A DNA stretch of 64,000 bases from an uncultured Ignavibacteriaceae bacterium. GTDB taxonomy: Bacteria > Bacteroidota > Ignavibacteria > Ignavibacteriales > Ignavibacteriaceae. This document shows positions 11,601 through 23,826 of this stretch, piece by piece. The notes beneath the pieces were generated by a model. It searched no databases. It was not told the DNA's origin and worked only from the letters and a program-made list of their open reading frames with translations. How positions within the stretch are numbered: position 1 is the first letter of the stretch; every line of letters begins with the position of its first letter. The translations under genes were made by a program, and so were the position numbers. The stretch covers positions 2,023 to 66,022 of the forward strand of contig CAZQSR010000001.1 in assembly GCA_964596145.1 (NCBI GenBank). The letters are read 5' to 3'.

Positions 11601-12915
11601 TAGAAGGGTCTCCTTTTATTCAAGCCATTCTAAATGTTAGGTAGTCTACATCTCTCCACACTGGTCATTTTGCTCCAAAATATAAAATAGGATCTTTGAC
11701 TCCAGTAAATGCAGATAATTGTGCGGAGTCTGAATATCATTCACTAGTAGTATCTAAGTCAAAAGATTGCCCATCTAAAGATAGAGGTGAATATTCTATA
11801 TATGTTCTGAAATAATAATTTACTCCAGCCTCTAGCCCAGTAATTGCAACATAACTTTCATCATGCGTATTATTTTTATATCTATTGTCTTCTCGATATC
11901 CAATAGGTCAATTTTTCCAGGAACGGTTTTCAAATAATTTAGATTCTAATACTCCTGTACCACCTATTACTGGATTAGGGTTAGTTTTATGTGCAAGCAC
12001 TCGTACTTTTGTAGGAACTCCTCCAACTCAAGACCAGAGAGGTTGTATCTTAATCCAAGAACTTTTTGGAGGACTTCCATCTAGAAAGGTATTTTTTGCA
12101 TCCTTATATATTATTTCAGAATCCATTTTTGATTTATAATTTAACATATATAAATCTTCTAAATCAAATCTTTGGCCTTTTAGATATTCATTAGTTAATT
12201 TTCCTCCAAATTTAATTAACATTTCTTGTACATCTGAATAATCTAGGTAATCAGGATCAATACTTTTACGATATAAATCTGCAATATAATCACCATGGTA
12301 ATAAAAACTTCCATCTGGAGCACGATACTTACTGGAGTGTTCATAAAAATCATAATTTCCATATCCGTATCCTAAACCACTCATATTTCTCCACCCGTGA
12401 TCAAATGATAAATCTAATCCTAACTTACAAACGTCACTTTCTTCCATAAACTCAACAGTATTATCAGTAAATCCTTGTAAGTTTATTTCTAATTTTTTTA
12501 TTACCATTCCAGTGTTTCTAGCCCAAGAATGTAAGTATAAATCTACTTCTACCAAATAAAAATCATCAACTACTCTGTAATTACCAGTACATTTACCTAT
12601 TATACAATTTCTAAAAGCTCTTACTGTTCCAGTGCCTGCAGCTAAAGATTCTAAAAACTCAATATAATTTTTATATGGAGAATTATAAAATCTTCGTTTA
12701 TAATCCTCGTACATATAAGGTACTAAATCCTCAAAAGCAGCATACCCTTTAACAAATACTGTTCCTATTTCAGAATGTGATAATTGAGTATTTATAGGAT
12801 CAGTATAGGCTGGGTCATCAGGAGGAAGAACAGTATTTTTAGCTACCATTACTTTCCCTGCAATATCTTTATTATACCTATCTCAATTTGGATACTTTAA
12901 TTCTATTTTATTCAT
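8605..12915 (-). CDS. giant tail-fibre/adhesin-like protein with FN3/Ig-like repeats (1436 aa under code 4)
   Basis: Track fragments 12028..12849, 10900..11265, 9910..10722 and 9049..9273 share one frame. I scanned all inter-fragment codons and found about 20 in-frame TGA and no TAA/TAG, down to TAA at 8605-8607. ATG at 12913-12915 sits right after the upstream stop. FN3-like signatures recur (TKYYFRPYA, GTAYYFASYY, GKVYHIAAF). Confidence 0.75.
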
Positions 12916-12916
12916 A

Positions 12917-13171
12917 TTATATTTCTATTCATTGGTCATTAACTCTAGTATATTTTATTCCTGATATTGTGGATATTCAAGTAGATCCTTCGACTGCCTC
13001 TAATCCATTTTCGATTGCTGATATTGCATCATATATACTTTTAATAAGATTTTCTTTTGTGATTTTATATCCTACAGGTGGATTTCCAGAAATTACATAA
13101 AGATATGCATTATTTGGAATTTCTAATATTTCTGGTAACTGAGAAAGTTTGACTCCTTGCAATTCTGACAT
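12917..13171 (-). CDS. hypothetical small protein (84 aa under code 4)
   Basis: Track ORF 12977..13171 stops at TGA. The frame continues through a second TGA (12929-12931) to TAA at 12917-12919. Confidence 0.6.
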
Positions 13172-13172
13172 A

Positions 13173-13760
13173 TTATTTACTGTTTATTTGTTCAATACTT
13201 TTTATTAGGGAAGCAATAAGTCTATTATTATATTCCTCACTTAATAAAATTTCTACATCTTCTTTATTATCTTGGAAACATCATTCTATGAGTACTGCTG
13301 GACAGTTAGCCCCCTTTATAACATAAAAATTAGCTTCTTTATCTTTATCATTATCTGAATAATCAAATCTTCCCTTTAACTCGGGGAAATCAGATTGAAA
13401 ATTTGTAAGTATTACTTCTGCAACTTTATCGGAATTATTTTGACCTATAGTTGTATATACACTGTATCCTCTAGCTAACATTCAGTCGCTGCCATTACCG
13501 GCAGCATCTGAATGTATAGAAATAAAAATCTTATTACTTCTAGCTATTTTATTTGTATTCTGAACTCTCTTATCTAAACCTATCTCTTTATTTGTAGAAT
13601 TAGATTCAAATACTTCATAACCTAAAGACTGTAATTTATGTTTTAGCTTTGAAATTATCTCTCTAGACCATCTATATTCCCTAAATCTTCCATCAGGACT
13701 TCTTTTTCCAGTAGTTTCTTCTCCGTGAGCAGCGTCCAAAATTATAGTTATTTTTTTCAT
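13173..13760 (-). CDS. N-acetylmuramoyl-L-alanine amidase (endolysin, Amidase_3-like)
   Basis: Track ORFs 13482..13760 and 13281..13481 are in the same frame, joined by TGA at 13482. A second TGA lies at 13281, and TAA at 13173-13175. Motifs: ILDAAHGEETTGKRS and IFISIHSDAAGNG. Confidence 0.8.
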
Positions 13761-13888
13761 TATTCTTCAACTTCTTCCATTAACAACTTTTCTTCTACCA
13801 GTATTTTTACGTCCTCCGGAAGAAGGTCGATTAAACCCTCTTCCGATTTTGAACGTGTTACTAAAGCCTGTATAAATATATCTTCCAT
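13760..13888 (-). CDS. small acidic protein (42 aa)
   Basis: ATG at 13886-13888. The TAA overlaps the amidase ATG (TAATG). Below the track length cut-off. Confidence 0.4.
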   Translation of the reverse strand: MEDIFIQALVTRSKSEEGLIDLLPEDVKILVEEKLLMEEVEE

Positions 13889-13906
13889 TTTGTTAAATTT
13901 TAATCA

Positions 13907-16900
13907 TTAAACCTCTACTGCTGTCCAGCTTACAACTCCATTTGTCACAACAGGAACAATTCGATAAACCTTTCCATTTGCCGTGTCCGCCTTAACAAAT
14001 CGGCTATCGTAATGAGTGAGTGTCATACTCCGCCTGATGCTTTCCTTATTGTAAGCATAGGTAAACATTACCAAATCACCACTAACCAAATCGGGGTGCG
14101 TGAAACTCAATCCGTTACCTGCTATTACGGCTGTGGCAGTGTTCAGCTCTGTGTAAGTCCCGTTAGCGTACTTCCGTATACTTTCAAGCGAGGCAATCGG
14201 ATAATCGGTGAGCTGGGTGGCAATGTTAGCTCCGTAAACCCCTGCATCGGCAATAATTGGTTCAAAGTAAACCGTTCCGCTGCTGTTTGAATTCAGCAGT
14301 CCAGCGTGAGCGATTGGGGTGATGGTTGGAGTGGCGAGGGTGTAATGGATGTTTGAGCCAATTACCGTTGTTGTTATTCCAGTTGCAGCCCCATCGGGAG
14401 TATTTATTAGCTCATCTTTAAAATTATCGATCTGTATGTCGTACAACCCGGAATTGCCAAAGTATAAACCAAAGGCTTGGGCGCCATTGCATGTGTAGTA
14501 GTATTCAAACCTACCTGCTCCTACCAATACTCTATTAATGTTAATTGTTCCGCTTCCGGGTAAGAAGCTGGCAATCGCAGGGCTTCCAGAATTAACTTTG
14601 AAATCAAATGATAAACGTCGGTATTGGCCCTGTGTACGGCTTACACCTATGTTATATACTGGGCGACCGAGAGAAGCAGGAGCAGTGGTAACTATAAGTC
14701 TTCCGTCCTGTGCCCCTGAAATTGGGCTACTTGTATTTAGAGTCCAAGTTGAAACACTTCCATCTCCGTCGTAACACGCCCCAATCAGCCCACCTTCAAA
14801 ATCGCTTCCTGTAATTCCGTTAGCTCCCAACGTCCCAACTCCAACCCGTTTAACCAGCTCATAGCCATTAGTCCCCTTGCGAATTTCGTCTTTGATAAGG
14901 CCGTTGCTGCGAAGTGGTGGGGTGGTGAGTTGTAGGATTGATTGGCGGTATGGTTCATAAGTTGTTGCTATTATATTTCGCTCAAGCTGTATATTTTCAA
15001 AAGATACAAAAGATGTTGAAGCCCCATTTATAAAAAAATGGATATTAACTCTTCCGGTAGACCCTGTTGTGAATAATAATGATTTATCTCCAGAAAAATT
15101 AATATTTGACGCTATCATAGAAATAGTGCCATTATCATAAATTGCGACATATGGAGTCTTACCGTCTGCCGAACTGTATCCTCTGGCTGAAAAAACATAG
15201 GATGTGTTAGGCAGAAGATTTACGGTGTACCCACGTCCTCTCGTTGAGGATGTATTGTATGCCAATATTCGGTTTCCGTCAAGCACATTCAGTATAGTGC
15301 CGGAAGCAGGCGGATTGGCTGTGTTGTAGCCCTTGGTATAATCAAGTAAATTCTTCCCAATACTCCTCATCCTACCAGTCCCAAGAACATTTTTACTGCC
15401 CTCAAAATAGTTGGCGAAAAGTAAGTAACATTGCTCTTTAGACGGTTCATTGCCGCCTCCGAATATAGCGGTGAGATTGATCACACGTATTCCGTAAACT
15501 GAAATAGTTCCGACATATGTGCTTTTTGATCCTACCCCAGTAAAGAAAAAATTAGCTGGCTGACCCATAGCGCCCCTGATTGACAATACCTGTAAATCAG
15601 TTGTAGACTGTGCATAAGATATATGGCTACTATTTACTGAAAGCGATGCATTGAACTGACCAAACATCACATCATTCGCAGATGGAGATATACTACACTT
15701 TATCAAGGCCATAGAATAGTAAATGTCTCCCGTAACAACAGTCCCCGTTGTATGCATTCTCATTAACGATTCGGTGTTAGTTTTTTGCATTAAAATACCT
15801 CCTGTCAATAAACTGCTTGTTACATTTGAGAAAAACCACCCTGTTGTCCCATTTCTAAAATCGCCATTTACAACCAAATTTTGAGCACTCTGCCCAAACA
15901 GCTGAACCTGCATACCTCCGTTTGCGGCGGTTTTAGGAAGTGGTATAGTGTCAACACCTGTCGCTGTAGCTGTTGTTTCTTGGTTGAGGTTGGCGGAATT
16001 GATAACGCTTTCCAATGTTGCAACTCTCGCATCAGTGATTAATTTGTTCTCCTGATAAGTATCGTTGCCAACAGTGATAACGCTTTGAACATACTCCTTA
16101 TTTGCGGCATCTCCATTGTTTACAGGGGTAGGCACTACCGGACTATCCGTAAACGTCTTTACCCCTGCAATGTTTTGTGCGCCGGTAAGGCCTACATACG
16201 ACGAATCGGCAGCTCCTTTGTTTAAAGCTTGCCCTGCGGTAGTGGGATCCGGAACGACAGGGGATGAGCTGAATGTCTTAACCCCAGCAACAGTTTCATT
16301 ACCCGTTAACCCTACCTTTGTCGCGATTGCAGCGGCTTGCAATGTCGAAACTGGCTTATTTGCATCGGATGTATTATCAACATTCCCCAGTCCAACATCA
16401 GCTTTTACGAGTAAAACATTTCCTGTCTTTCCGGCTACAGATTGAACCGGACCTGATCGCATAGGTCCCCAAACAGAACCTGACCACCTGAATTGGAATC
16501 TAGTAACAACGTCGACATAAATTTTGCCGGTGTATTTTTCTATAGATACGGTGTGTGTTTCATCGGTCCACAACTCTATAATTGTTTCAGGGTCTGAGTT
16601 ATCTGTGTATGTACCATATGCATCGACAAGATCATCGACAAATGACGGTAATTGTGCAGCAGGGACTAGGCCGTCACCATCAAGCGAAGCATACCCGTTT
16701 GCTTGTCCTTTATTCGCTGCATTTTCAGGTGTAAAACCAAGTAGCGGCTCGTAAAGTAAGTCTGTATCGGCCTTTAATGCTGCCTTGACATTCGCAACAG
16801 GGATGAATCGGACAATACCGTCACCATCTTTTATTGGAAGCTTGTCAGTATTGTTCAGTGTTGTAGTATCTCCGTCTACGTCTGCTAAATCACCAAATTT

Positions 16901-18247
16901 AATATCTTTAGAAACGTTTAATTCTACCGAACCAACAGTTGAATGAGAAACTACCACCTGACCAATCTGTACAGCGTAATTACCCTTCGCTGGCTTATTT
17001 CCAGTCCATCCACCAAGCACTGCCGGATTACCCCACAATTGAGCACCTTCAGCAATCCCGCTTGTGTTTAAATTGTTGATAATCCCTTTCGTTGTAACAC
17101 GTCCAGATTGGTTTTGTCCAATATACGGCACAGTAACCATTCCAACTATTGAACGAATTGATGTAAGATTTGTAAAGTCAGTACGCTTAATTCCTTTCCG
17201 GTTACCTGGAATTGCAGCGGTCGAAACTATCATACCATCAACCAACGGTACAGTATCGATATTTACATAATAGTCAAACATTTCTTTGAATAATGAACCG
17301 GTACCACCGTCAGACAATCCAAAATCAAGTGTTTTTTCATCAGGATTATATTGAATTTGACCAGCAAGAAGTGGTTGTACAGTTGGATTAGTTATAAAAC
17401 TTAAAACATTTATAGCTGAGTTAGACCCATCTATTAAAGCTATATTGGGTTTATCTGCGATGTAATAAGGATCTGTTTCTTCTGCATGTAATCCATCAGA
17501 TCTTTTTGATAAAATGTTTTTAGTTTTATTTGACCCTTCATTACTTAATCGCACTGTTAAAGGATTAGCATTACTAGCATTACCTGAAAGTGTTTGATCG
17601 TGTATAACAGTTACAAAAAGTCCGTCTGTTTTTCTTTGTAAAATATTATTTTCTTCTGATGAAATAACTACCCTATATTTATTTGTACTTGTTCCATCAC
17701 CAGTCAATGATTGGTCGGTTAAAAGGGATAATCTATATCTTTGTATTGTGTAGTAAGCAAATACATCATCTACTATATGAGGTACTAAGAAAATTATAGA
17801 TTGTATTAATAAGTCCTCTGTAATTTCAATAGCATGCCCATCTTCATCTAAAAATTCAGAATATATACCTGTTTCAGAAACTAAATATATTCCTGGAAAT
17901 TTTAAACTAATTTCATTTATTGGATTTGTTGCTATGGTAGCTAATCCTTTAAACTCTACTGTTTTATTAGACTCTGGCTTATATATATATTTTAGAGAAT
18001 TATAGAGTAGACTTATTAAATGGGCATAGTCTTCTTTTTGATAATATTTAGGAGAATTATCAAATCTTATAAGCAACTCAGTTAAATTATCATTTAAAAT
18101 TTCGATATTTGTTATAGTAGGTTCTGAGTTTGGATCTATTCCATAAATATTAAAAACATCATCATTCATAGATGAATTAATATCTAGACTTCTATTAGTA
18201 AGTTCCCCCAAATTTGAGGGAACTTGTACTTGTCTGAATGTTGCCAT
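13907..18247 (-). CDS. tail fibre / receptor-binding protein (1446 aa)
   Basis: Intact ORF ending in TAA. Gly/Thr/Ser/Asn-rich fibre composition. The C-terminal ~3.4 kb is visibly G+C-richer than its surroundings and has no in-frame TGA. Confidence 0.75.
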   Translation of the reverse strand: MATFRQVQVPSNLGELTNRSLDINSSMNDDVFNIYGIDPNSEPTITNIEILNDNLTELLIRFDNSPKYYQKEDYAHLISLLYNSLKYIYKPESNKTVEFKGLATIATNPINEISLKFPGIYLVSETGIYSEFLDEDGHAIEITEDLLIQSIIFLVPHIVDDVFAYYTIQRYRLSLLTDQSLTGDGTSTNKYRVVISSEENNILQRKTDGLFVTVIHDQTLSGNASNANPLTVRLSNEGSNKTKNILSKRSDGLHAEETDPYYIADKPNIALIDGSNSAINVLSFITNPTVQPLLAGQIQYNPDEKTLDFGLSDGGTGSLFKEMFDYYVNIDTVPLVDGMIVSTAAIPGNRKGIKRTDFTNLTSIRSIVGMVTVPYIGQNQSGRVTTKGIINNLNTSGIAEGAQLWGNPAVLGGWTGNKPAKGNYAVQIGQVVVSHSTVGSVELNVSKDIKFGDLADVDGDTTTLNNTDKLPIKDGDGIVRFIPVANVKAALKADTDLLYEPLLGFTPENAANKGQANGYASLDGDGLVPAAQLPSFVDDLVDAYGTYTDNSDPETIIELWTDETHTVSIEKYTGKIYVDVVTRFQFRWSGSVWGPMRSGPVQSVAGKTGNVLLVKADVGLGNVDNTSDANKPVSTLQAAAIATKVGLTGNETVAGVKTFSSSPVVPDPTTAGQALNKGAADSSYVGLTGAQNIAGVKTFTDSPVVPTPVNNGDAANKEYVQSVITVGNDTYQENKLITDARVATLESVINSANLNQETTATATGVDTIPLPKTAANGGMQVQLFGQSAQNLVVNGDFRNGTTGWFFSNVTSSLLTGGILMQKTNTESLMRMHTTGTVVTGDIYYSMALIKCSISPSANDVMFGQFNASLSVNSSHISYAQSTTDLQVLSIRGAMGQPANFFFTGVGSKSTYVGTISVYGIRVINLTAIFGGGNEPSKEQCYLLFANYFEGSKNVLGTGRMRSIGKNLLDYTKGYNTANPPASGTILNVLDGNRILAYNTSSTRGRGYTVNLLPNTSYVFSARGYSSADGKTPYVAIYDNGTISMIASNINFSGDKSLLFTTGSTGRVNIHFFINGASTSFVSFENIQLERNIIATTYEPYRQSILQLTTPPLRSNGLIKDEIRKGTNGYELVKRVGVGTLGANGITGSDFEGGLIGACYDGDGSVSTWTLNTSSPISGAQDGRLIVTTAPASLGRPVYNIGVSRTQGQYRRLSFDFKVNSGSPAIASFLPGSGTININRVLVGAGRFEYYYTCNGAQAFGLYFGNSGLYDIQIDNFKDELINTPDGAATGITTTVIGSNIHYTLATPTITPIAHAGLLNSNSSGTVYFEPIIADAGVYGANIATQLTDYPIASLESIRKYANGTYTELNTATAVIAGNGLSFTHPDLVSGDLVMFTYAYNKESIRRSMTLTHYDSRFVKADTANGKVYRIVPVVTNGVVSWTAVEV

Positions 18248-18278
18248 TATTTTTTTTTATTTTTAATAAAATTAGTAA

Positions 18279-21200
18279 TTACTCCCTATGTACCTCTATT
18301 AACATAGCCCCAGTAAGAATAGATGATCCACTAGTAGCAGTGCCAGCATCATTTATAGATCTAAATCCTAAATATACAGAAGGACTAGTAAATAGTGGAA
18401 TTGTTTGAGCAACAAGAGATGATGGGCAAACAATAGGAGTTATTTTAGAAGTTTTAAATATTTGAGTAGTATTGTTTTTAACAGATATTACTTTTTGAGC
18501 TATATTGTTAGTAAATTCTTGTGCTTTATAAACTGCATCATTGGATGGAGTAGCTGTTGTAATTACATATTCAATATAATAATCTTTATCTGATCTTAAA
18601 TTATGAAATCCTACTAATTGGGATAATGCTCCAAATGGAGTTCATTTATTTATATTAGCTCCTGATCCATTAACTCAAGATGCAAAATCTCCTACAGTGA
18701 ATGTTTTTCCAGTCAATTCTTCTTGATCTGGATCGGAAGTAAATCCTGAACCTAATGAAGTCCCTTGCCATGCAGGGGAAGTTTTAGGTTTTGAAATAAC
18801 AATATCTGTAATTCCACCAGTAGAATCTTTAACATTTGATATAGATACCTGTGTTTTAGAAAGTTGATTCCAAGCATTATTACCAGATGGAACATCGAAT
18901 GCAGTAAATCCAGAAGTTCCAGCAGCTCTATTAAATTTAACTTGTATTTTTCTAGATACTAAAGATGAACTATTTATCATATTTGTAACCGAAGTATCTA
19001 TAAATTGAGCTACAGGAACTCCGTATGCAGAAGTTAATGTTCCAGTACCATCATAACCAATTAATATTCCAGTACCAGAATGAGTGATAGGTTGACTTAA
19101 AGTAAGTATCAATTTCATAGGATCTGGTAAATACTCGCTAGCTGATATAGATAAAATTCTAGGCGATCCGTTATTAGGATCATACACTGTTATTTTAGAT
19201 ATAACAGAAATAGTTGTAGATAACGGTATATTAAATTGGAGTATAATTTTTTCACCAAAGTAATCGGTATTTGCAGAAAGTACTATTGGAGGATTACTAT
19301 TTTCTTCTAAAGTAGTGAATCCTATATACCCAGTAGGAGTTCCATAAGCAATTGAACTATATGGAGCTATTTTATAATAATAAGTAGTTCCTTCTAAAAG
19401 ACCATAATTAGTATAGGATCTTAACTCCCTAGCTACTTGAGCTATAAGAGAGTATGTTCCAGTTGGTGTACTAGATCTATAGATTCTAAATCCTTCTGTT
19501 ATGGACTCAAATGCTATATCATAATCCCATGTAAATTCAATTCTATTAAAGGATACTGATCCCACCTCAACATTAGTTACTAGTGGCAGTAATGCTGGAG
19601 TAGTAAATTCCACAATATTACTATACTCTGACTCAGGAAGAGCTACATCTGTATGATCTACAAATTTAGCTATAAATTTATAACTAGTATTTGGACTTAA
19701 TCCCGAAACATCATATTCTGAGGAAGTAGTTAATTGATTAACTATCTCTTCATACATTTCAGTGGAATTATTATATTTATAAATTATAATCTTGTAAGAT
19801 TCTTCATTTTTATCAGTTCAGTATAATCTTACTTCTGAAGCACTAGGTACATACGCATTTAGTACTGGTGCTTCAATTTTCTTTTTACCTATATAATTTG
19901 TTCATAATATACATGGAGTTCCATTAATTGGAACCTGTACATACTTTCCATGTGGTCCAGATATTGGTGTAAGGGTAGTAGTTGCTCCATATGAACTTGG
20001 ATAATTTTCCGCATTATTGAATGTGGTTAAATTAATTTCTAAAACTTCAGAATCTACTGCTACATGAGCCACAGTAGATGCAGCCTGCTCTTGTCCTAAT
20101 CATAAAACTATACATGGAATTTTATCTAAAGTCTCATCATCTTCATCTGGTGTAAATGCAATTCCACAAATATTTTTTAAAGTGGGGTCTAATTCATCTA
20201 CATTTATTAGTATATCTTCTACATGTGTATTTCCTGCTATTCTTAAGATATGACTAAATTTCATACCAGTTAAATGAGATACTAAATTTCTTATATAATA
20301 ATATGATGCTAAAGGAGGGTATTTTGCTGGATCACTATCCAAATAAAAATTACCATTTATATCTCTAGAATCATTAATGTAATCAACAAATCCAGAACCA
20401 AGATAAGTATTTTGATAACTAACACTTTCAAGCAAAGATTGCTGGGTATCATTTCTATACATATATTGATGTGCTGCATCTAATCCTGCTGCAATTATAT
20501 GCATATAAGATCGCATAATAAAGTCAGCTTTTAATTGCCCAAGTGTTTTGCCTGCTTGCGGATTTACAGATTGTAATGATTGTGGATGCTCATCATATCC
20601 AAACTCCCCTATTCATAATTCAAGGTTAGGTTTTTCTCGATCTCTCCAATCGGCTATGTACTTCATGGTATCATACAAAGTACCACCATCATCCATAGCT
20701 TTATTTGGCTTTATGCTGTCAGGTGAAATACCCTTACGTGTAGCAGCATTTGTCTGACCTCCTGCAGTATTATGATAATAGTGAAAAGCCATAACATCAA
20801 ACGGATATACATCATACCCAGGTTCAGTTCTGTTACTTTCAAACCACAGCATCATTCGTTTTATATAGCCACTATTTTGGCTTTTCAGTCCTGGCAGTAC
20901 AACCTTCATTGTAGGATCTGCCTGTTTTATCCCAAACCCTGGCCCGAGCTGTCCCATATGACCATCATAACAGGCCGATACCATAGCTGCTAATTCTTCA
21001 GGATGATAGTAAGTATCTTGACTCTCGTTCCAATTTCTATCCGGTTCATTTTCTAATTCTATATATTTAACTAAATCTAATCCTTGCAATTTAGTGTTAC
21101 TTGGATCAACAGCCATCAAACTTTCATTTAATCCAGTAGCTCGTCCATATCTAGCTGTGAATGTGAATAAAAATTGAGAGTACATTCTATAAGCTCAAGG

Positions 21201-23369
21201 AGATCTAGAATCATATTCAGGATATACACTTTTATCCTGCATTCTATTATTTCCAACTAATGAAAACGGCCTAACATTTCCATTGGAATCAAGTCATTGA
21301 AATGGCATAGCTCCTTTAAAACATATATATGTAGATGTTGGAGCAGCCCCATACTTATTGTCAAGTAATATTTTATAATCTTGTAATTTTTGATCTAAAT
21401 CACCTTGTACTCTATTATTACTAAATCTATAAGTTATTTCGCCATTTCCTGAAGTATCTCCATATAATTTTATACCTGCTTGGACAGTCTGCTCCATAGT
21501 TGGATACCATTCTCAGTTGCTGTAAAAACGGACTCTACGGCCAAAATTAGCTACATCAGAAATTATATTTGTAAAAAATGCATTAGTACCTGCAAAATAT
21601 TCAAATCTTTGTTTTGGTCTAAGCCCTCCAATTTTACTACCTGTAGGCAAAGAAGCTTGTAAACTTGCCCCATAAACTGCAAACTCTCTAATAGCTACTT
21701 CTGATGGGAATGTTAGTCTTATATACCTAGCATAACTATAAGCTTCTGGTATAGGTACAGTTAACCAAGTATCTTCAGTCTCATATCCAGATACCGTTGC
21801 AGCATGTGCAAAATTAGCTCCTAAAGAAGATGTCCAAATATGAATATGCTCTACTATTTTATCGTAATTTATAAATATACTATCAACTCGTTTTATCTCC
21901 TTTAGATCTATAATTAATTCGTATGGACTATAATTAGTTCATGTATTCTTAAAACCTGTATAAGTCATAGCAAACATTCTGTATCCAACTTCTGAAGTTT
22001 CCTGAACTATTCCATTCTCTTCTACGATATTACCATTAACCATATATTCAACTTTGTAATAGTCTCCAGGAGAACCTCCACTTTCTGCAGGAACTTCTTT
22101 TAAATGATGTAAAAAATCGTATACATCATATTTTGTAACTGGTAAAACATATCCGACTGTAGATGGCATAAAAACATCATCAGTTTTAGCCATTACTACG
22201 TTAGAAAGTAGTCCATATTTATTCTTTGCAAATCCTGATACAGCAAAGTAATATATTTTTCCAGAATCCAATCCACTTATTATGGTAGACATCTGAACTC
22301 CATACGGCATTATTCCTGAAGTCACATCTATATAATTTGCTGACAAATAATTATTTTCTGTTATTTCTACCGTAGAATAATATATTCTATACTTCTCACA
22401 AAGATCTTGATTACCATGAGCACCAGCTGCAGAATAGTGAAGCATTATCGATTTAGAACTTATTAATGCCACACTTAGATTATTTATCCTAGACGGGGGT
22501 CTGCCATAATACTCATTTCTATCAAGAAATCAAATAACACAAACATCGGATGGTGTTACTATCGGTTGAGTAAGAGTTATTGTATCCGAAGCTATGGTGT
22601 AATCTCGCAAAGGAAATAAAAGAATACCATTTACATATATAAATACACCATCATGAGATTCTGGAATACTACTTGTAGTTATTTCAATTACTGAACCGGT
22701 AAAATCATTGAAATTTTGCCGTGCTGAAAAAACTTCCTGTAGTGACGGTATTACTTCAATTGGGATTTTTCCTTCAGGCGAAATCACCGGAAATCCCCCG
22801 ACAGCATTTGCCATTGCGTCTACCCCCTCTTCAATCTGTTTGAGCGTTTTAGGAGTTTCACCTTCCGAGTATCCGTGGTCAGCTTTTGCATTCAACACTT
22901 CAGGAGACATTTCACCGCCTGCTATTAAATCAATTTCTTGTTCAAGCTCTTTGAGTGTTTTAGGAGTTTCACCCTCAGAATATCCGTGATCGGCTTTAAA
23001 TGATAAATCAATATTTGTTAATTGGGCTGCTGCATCTACTGCAGGCTTTTGTAATCATTCTAGATACTCTTCTTGTGTTTTTCCAATGTTATCTTCTTGA
23101 GCTACCCAAATCTGATAGGCACTTAATCCCGGAGCTCCACTTAAGGAATTTAATCACTCAGATTCAGTGCCAATATATCCAGACCTTTTTGCTAAATCAT
23201 ATGGATTCTCTGTAATTTTTTTCCATTTAGACTCATTACCAAAATCAGGAGTATTATTATCTGTTAATGATAAATAAGCTCTTCCATTTATACTAACTAA
23301 ATCTAAAATACTATACGATGTTAAATTGTTAGGTTTTGGAGTTATTGCTATTTTTAGTTCTATTCTCAT
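18279..23369 (-). CDS. giant fibre protein with FN3-like repeats and a GH5-like glycosidase segment (1696 aa under code 4)
   Basis: Seven track fragments (23154.., 22530.., 21939.., 21294.., 20613.., 20100.., 18675..) share one frame. All gaps were scanned: 13 in-frame TGA, no TAA/TAG, down to TAA at 18279-18281. ELENEP plus following motifs in 20613..21185 resemble the clan GH-A (GH5) acid/base region. FN3-like repeats occur in 18675..19757. Confidence 0.75.
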
Positions 23370-23824
23370 TCTATTATTAATTTGCCATCAGTAAATTCTA
23401 CATCTACTACTGAGTCGTTATAATTTAATACATAAGTACCTTCCTCAGGAACAAAATATCCACTAAATAATTCAGATTCTTGATCTTCTGATAATTCTCA
23501 AGTTACTGATTTTGGATCATCATAAACTCTTTCCCAAACTTTAGCATTCTCTGGAATACTTGCAGAGGAATAGTTTAAATTTGGAGTAATAGTTGGTAGA
23601 CTTAAATTAGAGTTATTTAGTATTAAAGAATTCATTAAGTTTTCTACCTTTACTTTATCTTTCTCTGATATATGATACCAGTCTGCCCATTGATAAATAA
23701 TATTTAGTACTTTTAAAGTATTTAAGTCCTTTAATGTTTTTTTATTATTGTTACCTAAATACTGTAAATCATATACCATTTGTAAAGTAGTGTCAATAAT
23801 TGAATTTGTATATTTCTCTTTCAT
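23360..23824 (-). CDS. hypothetical protein (about 154 aa under code 4)
   Basis: Track ORF 23498..23839 stops at TGA. The frame continues through another TGA (23366-23368) to TAG at 23360-23362. The likely start is ATG at 23822-23824 (MKEKY), or alternatively 23831-23833. Confidence 0.6.
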
Positions 23825-23826
23825 AA

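Noticed and set aside
13907-17300. Plus-strand ORFs 14012..14290, 14538..14774, 16116..16445, 16524..16754 and 17064..17270 inside the fibre gene
   Set aside because: They are antisense shadows in a G+C-richer stretch where stops are rarer. They have low-complexity Pro/Ser/Gly-rich translations and no start context, and they lie wholly inside a long intact minus-strand gene.
7580-23215. Other plus-strand track ORFs in the late module (7580..7828, 10586..10786, 10814..11068, 11885..12139, 12888..13100, 13725..13910, 20548..20757, 20772..20993, 21480..21662, 22708..22989, 23000..23215)
   Set aside because: All are embedded antisense in minus-strand ORFs that are continuous under code 4. Their translations are hydrophobic and low-complexity, typical of reverse-strand artefacts.
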